Assembly (NCBI GenBank): GCA_963777505.1
Contig: CAVZQN010000001.1
Location: 32,001 to 96,000 of the forward strand
Direction: 5' to 3'
Length of the DNA: 64,000 nucleotides
Origin: an uncultured bacterium
GTDB lineage: Bacteria; Acidobacteriota; HRBIN11; JAKEFK01
Part shown: piece by piece, positions 59,910-64,000 of the stretch
Layout of the letters: each line of letters opens with the position of its first letter
Position numbering within the stretch: position 1 is the first letter of the stretch
The notes under the pieces: model-generated
Seen by the model: the letters and a program-made list of their open reading frames with translations, nothing else
Databases searched by the model: none
Told to the model about the DNA's origin: nothing
Program-made: the position numbers and the translations under genes

Positions 59910-60950
59910 CTACTGGGGTAATTTGGCCAGGAGTTCTTTCAATCGGTCGGCATATTCGCGCGTACACACCAACGTTTTACCATCTTTTTGAATGACAACT
60001 ATGTTGCGCAAGCCTGCAGTCGCAATGATCTGCGAATCTGAGTAGATGATACAGTCCTTTGTATCGAGCCCGATGTGTTCACCCCAGCTTAGATTTTTTT
60101 CTTCATCGAGTGGAAGGATCCGGCTCAATGAATTCCAGGTTCCAACATCGTCCCATGGAAAAGTTGCAGGAACGACTGCAACATTTTTCGCTTTTTCCAT
60201 GACGCCGAAATCAATCGAAATACGCTTCAGTTCAGAATATTCTCTGCGGAAAACTTCCTTGTCTTGCTCTTCTTTCAGCCGGTTCAGAGTGTTCCAAACA
60301 TCGGGTAAGTGTGTTGCAAGCAATTCCTGAATTGCAGACACTTTCCACAAAAACATGCCGCTATTCCAGTAATAAGACGGATCGTGGAAAAAATGCTCAG
60401 CCCGTTGTTGATCCGGTTTTTCAACAAAACGTTCTACAGCAAAAACAGGGTCATCTTGAGTTCCGAGATTTTCAGGTGCGGCATTGACGTAGCCATAATT
60501 CGTTTCAGGCCGGATCGGTTTAATCCCGAATGTGACCAGCATATCTTTTTGCAATACAAATTCGACTGCTATCCGCATTGTATTTACAAAAGCATCCGTA
60601 TCAGGAATTAAATGATCTGCGGGAAGCACAAGCATTAATGCATCGGACGGTAAATAAAGAGACGCATAACCGATAGCTGCCGAAGTATCGCGTCCGGTTG
60701 GTTCCAGCAAGAGATTGGATGATTGAAGTGCAGGCAACTGTTCACGTGATTGCTGCTCATGTTGTTCCCCTACAACTAGAAAAATGTTTTCATCAGGAAC
60801 AAGACGTCTCGCACGGTCGAATGTTTGTTGTAGAAGTGAGCGCACTGAAAAGAAGCGAAGAAAAGGCTTAGGGTTTTCCGGAGTACTTAACGGCCAGAAC
60901 CGCTCTCCTTTACCGCCAGCCAGTATAACGGCATATACAGCCTTATTCAT
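59910..60950 (-). CDS. manC: Mannose-1-phosphate guanylyltransferase
   Basis: ILAGGKGERFWPLS, PADH, FVEKP, WNSGMF, WDDVG. Confidence 0.9.
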   Translation of the reverse strand: MNKAVYAVILAGGKGERFWPLSTPENPKPFLRFFSVRSLLQQTFDRARRLVPDENIFLVVGEQHEQQSREQLPALQSSNLLLEPTGRDTSAAIGYASLYLPSDALMLVLPADHLIPDTDAFVNTMRIAVEFVLQKDMLVTFGIKPIRPETNYGYVNAAPENLGTQDDPVFAVERFVEKPDQQRAEHFFHDPSYYWNSGMFLWKVSAIQELLATHLPDVWNTLNRLKEEQDKEVFRREYSELKRISIDFGVMEKAKNVAVVPATFPWDDVGTWNSLSRILPLDEEKNLSWGEHIGLDTKDCIIYSDSQIIATAGLRNIVVIQKDGKTLVCTREYADRLKELLAKLPQ

Positions 60951-60971
60951 GAAGTCTTTGCGTCTTTGTGG

Positions 60972-61373
60972 TTAATTTCGGACGTTGTCTTTAACAAAGC
61001 GGACGATCTCATCAAGAGAACTGCCTGGCAAAAAAATTCCCCGCACACCAAGATTCTGTAATTTCTTAATATCCTGGTCCGGAATAATTCCGCCCATAAA
61101 AATCAAAACGTCATCCATTTTGTTCTCTTTCGCAAGTTCGACAATCTTTGGCATGACATAGTTGTGCGCTCCAGAAAGAATACTAACGCCGATTGCATCG
61201 ACATCTTCTTGAAGTGCAGCTTGAATAATTTGTTCCGGTGTTTGTCTGAGCCCCGTGTAAATCGCTTCCATTCCAGCATCACGCAGCGCACGTACAATCA
61301 CCTTCGCGCCACGATCGTGACCGTCTAACCCTGGTTTTGCAACAAGCACTCTTATCTTTTTCTCTTTTGCCAT
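60972..61373 (-). CDS. Cobalamin-binding small subunit of acyl-CoA mutase
   Basis: [22 protein letters not shown]. Confidence 0.94.
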   Translation of the reverse strand: MAKEKKIRVLVAKPGLDGHDRGAKVIVRALRDAGMEAIYTGLRQTPEQIIQAALQEDVDAIGVSILSGAHNYVMPKIVELAKENKMDDVLIFMGGIIPDQDIKKLQNLGVRGIFLPGSSLDEIVRFVKDNVRN

Positions 61374-61393
61374 CTCTGTGTCTCTGCGGTTAT

Positions 61394-63094
61394 TTAGACG
61401 ATTTCGGGTTCGCGGTATTCTCCAAATACATCTCGCATTGCATTGGAGATTTCGCCGAGGGTTGCGTAGGCTTTCACGGCTTCCAGAATCGGATAAATCA
61501 TATTTTCGGTTCCACGCGCTGCGATGCGCACAGCATCAAGTGCTTTGTTCACTTGATCATTGTTCCGTCTTTTGCGCAAGGATTGAAGCCGTTCGATCTG
61601 CTCGCGTTCGACGTTTTCATCGATGTATAAAGTTTCGGGAGGAGCCTTTTCTTCATCGACAGCAAATTCATTGACACCAACAATGATCTTTTCCTTTTTC
61701 TCACAAGCGCGAGAATAATCATAAGATGCATCTGAAATTTCTTTTTGTGGATAACCGCGTTCAATTGCATTCACCATCCCGCCCATCGCATCAAGCTTAT
61801 CAAAGTATGCGTAAGCGCCCTCTTCCATATCTTTCGTTAAGCGTTCAACAAAATAGGAACCGGCCAAGGGGTCTACTGTATTTGCGACACCACTTTCGTG
61901 AGCAATGATTTGCTGAGTACGGAGTGCGATCGTAACGGCTGCCTCTGTTGGAAGCGCGAGTGTTTCATCCAATGAGTTTGTATGCAGTGATTGAGTGCCG
62001 CCCATGACTGCTGCCAGGGCTTGAATCGCAACACGAACAACATTGTTATACGGTTGTTGTCCGGTCAGAGAACATCCTGCAGTTTGGGTATGGAAACGGA
62101 GGATTAAGGATCGCGGATTTTTTGCGTTAAAGCGTTCTTTCATAACGCGCGCCCAGATTTTTCGCGCAGCGCGATACTTGGCAACTTCTTCAAAAAAGTC
62201 ATTATGCGCATTAAAGAAAAACGATAATCTTGGCGCAAATTCATCAATATCAAGCCCGGCTTCGAGCGCCCATTGAACGTATTCGATGCCATCATACAAA
62301 GTAAAAGCAAGTTCCTGAACCGCAGTCGAACCCGCCTCACGAATGTGATATCCGCTGATGCTGATCGAATTCCACCGAGGCATTTCCTTTGCGCAATATT
62401 CAAATGAATTCACAATCAATCGCATCGATGGCCGGGGTGGATAAATGTACGTTTTTTGCGCGAGATACTCTTTTAGAATGTCATTTTGGATTGTGCCGGA
62501 CAATTGTGCGCCATCGATTCCTGACTTTTCTGCAGCCGCACGATACATGGAAAGCAATATATTTGCGGGAGCATTCGTAGTCATGCTTGTTGTAACTTTG
62601 TCTTGTTGGATTCCTTTGAAGAGTGTTTCCATATCTTCAAGAGAATCGATTGTTACACCGCACTTTCCCACTTCGCCGCGTGAAAGTAGATCGTCAGAAT
62701 CACGTCCCATCAATGTGGGCAGATGAAATGCAATACTCAGTGCATTGGTCCCTTCTGAAATGAGATATCGAAGTCTCTCGTTTGTTTGAGAGGCGGAACC
62801 AAATCCGGTAAATTGCCGCATACTCCAGAGTTTTGATCTATACAGGCTCGCATGAATGCCACGTGTATATGGATATTCGCCTGGCCATCCAATTTCTGTT
62901 TCGAAATCAATGTCTTGAATATCGTCAGGGGTGTAAAGACGTTTGATTGGAACGCCGGAAACAGTTGTGAATGGAACATTCCGTTCGGGAAGTTTTCGCA
63001 GGGTTGGTTCAAGCGTTTCCTTTTCCCAGCGCTTTTTTTGTTCCGACGTTTCGGTGCCGTTCATTACGGCGGTCCCGCCATTTTTCTTTTTCAT
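61394..63094 (-). CDS. Acyl-CoA mutase large subunit (isobutyryl-CoA mutase-like)
   Basis: [44 protein letters not shown]. Confidence 0.9.
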   Translation of the reverse strand: MKKKNGGTAVMNGTETSEQKKRWEKETLEPTLRKLPERNVPFTTVSGVPIKRLYTPDDIQDIDFETEIGWPGEYPYTRGIHASLYRSKLWSMRQFTGFGSASQTNERLRYLISEGTNALSIAFHLPTLMGRDSDDLLSRGEVGKCGVTIDSLEDMETLFKGIQQDKVTTSMTTNAPANILLSMYRAAAEKSGIDGAQLSGTIQNDILKEYLAQKTYIYPPRPSMRLIVNSFEYCAKEMPRWNSISISGYHIREAGSTAVQELAFTLYDGIEYVQWALEAGLDIDEFAPRLSFFFNAHNDFFEEVAKYRAARKIWARVMKERFNAKNPRSLILRFHTQTAGCSLTGQQPYNNVVRVAIQALAAVMGGTQSLHTNSLDETLALPTEAAVTIALRTQQIIAHESGVANTVDPLAGSYFVERLTKDMEEGAYAYFDKLDAMGGMVNAIERGYPQKEISDASYDYSRACEKKEKIIVGVNEFAVDEEKAPPETLYIDENVEREQIERLQSLRKRRNNDQVNKALDAVRIAARGTENMIYPILEAVKAYATLGEISNAMRDVFGEYREPEIV

Positions 63095-63105
63095 ATTATT
63101 ACCCC

Positions 63106-64000
63106 TTACTTCAATAAACTGCGCGCAATCACCATCCGCTGAATTTCGGATGTACCCTCATATAAAGTTGTAACACGCGCTTCACGATAATACCGTTCGA
63201 CAGGATACTCACGCGAGTAACCATAACCGCCATGAATTTGAATAGCTTTGTACGTAACGCGGTTCGCCATTTCTGATGCATATACTTTAGCCATCGATGC
63301 CGCTTTCGTGAATGGTTTTCCTTGATCACGCAAGAAAGCCGCATGATGTGTTAACAATCTGGCTGCTTCGATTTCAGTTGCCATGTCGGCAAGCATGAAT
63401 TGAATCGCCTGAAACTCAGCGAGCTTTGAATTAAAGGCTGTCCGCTCTTTCGAATACTTCAGCGATTCTTCGTATGCGCCTTGAGCAATACCCGTTGCCT
63501 GCGATGCAACTCCGATCCGTCCGCCATCAAGCGATGTCATCGCAACCTTGAATCCAATTCCCTCTTCACCAAGCCGGTTAATCACTGGTACTTCTACATC
63601 TTCAAAAATGACCTGATTTGTAACGGATCCATTCAAACCCATCTTTGGCTCATTTCTGCCGATCCGCACTCCGGGTAATTTTGTTTCAACGATAAATGTT
63701 GTAATCCCCCTCGAACCTGCACCAGGATCGGTCATGGCTTGAACGATAAGAATCTGCGCTTCCTGACCGTTGGTAACCCAATTCTTGGTGCCATTAATAA
63801 TATAATAATCGCCTTTTCGAACAGCTGTTGTCTGTTGTGCTGTTGCATCGGAGCCCGCATTCGGCTCAGTTAATGCAAAGCCTCCCAGGATTTCGCCTTT
63901 AGCGCAGGGTACAAGATACTTTCGCTTTTGATCCTCATTGCCGAAAGTGTAAATGGGAAAGCAGCAGACTGAACAATTTACGCTCATCGTAATCGCAAGA
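63106..64000 (-). CDS. Acyl-CoA dehydrogenase (short/branched-chain-like; 5' end outside window)
   Basis: [42 protein letters not shown]. Confidence 0.93.
   Translation of the reverse strand, partial: LAITMSVNCSVCCFPIYTFGNEDQKRKYLVPCAKGEILGGFALTEPNAGSDATAQQTTAVRKGDYYIINGTKNWVTNGQEAQILIVQAMTDPGAGSRGITTFIVETKLPGVRIGRNEPKMGLNGSVTNQVIFEDVEVPVINRLGEEGIGFKVAMTSLDGGRIGVASQATGIAQGAYEESLKYSKERTAFNSKLAEFQAIQFMLADMATEIEAARLLTHHAAFLRDQGKPFTKAASMAKVYASEMANRVTYKAIQIHGGYGYSREYPVERYYREARVTTLYEGTSEIQRMVIARSLLK

Overview
A ~44% GC bacterial chromosomal window. Gene content (kinase-TolB-TPR expansion, ferredoxin type, cox operon layout) looks Acidobacteriota-like, but this is inference. Many single-base indels break obvious genes, most likely uncorrected long-read errors. 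Core content: a SAM-I riboswitch-controlled Cys/Met lyase, egtB-egtD, sucA-sucB, tdh-like/kbl, an IorAB-like molybdoenzyme, three Ser/Thr kinases, a complete aa3-type cytochrome oxidase operon, tRNA-Sec (selC), modA, a diguanylate cyclase and a split B12 acyl-CoA mutase with isobutyryl-CoA-mutase signature residues. Most notable observations: (i) a blue-copper-motif lipoprotein heading a cox operon that has no cytochrome c; (ii) a small basic tandem-repeat protein resembling the archaeal chromatin protein CC1; (iii) an orphan protein with a clan-CD (caspase-like) His/Cys dyad behind a sigma28-like box; (iv) a decayed, integrase-less integron-like cassette cluster hiding a frameshifted stand-alone EF-Tu domain II gene; (v) at least four families of palindromic or periodic repeats, some recruited into coding sequence or bracketing a whole gene; (vi) an ~80-100 bp direct duplication carrying the putative selC promoter around a glycine-zipper mini-gene; (vii) a sigma54-driven small Cys4 protein ending in an -LAA degron. 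All calls come from reading the sequence; no searches were run.
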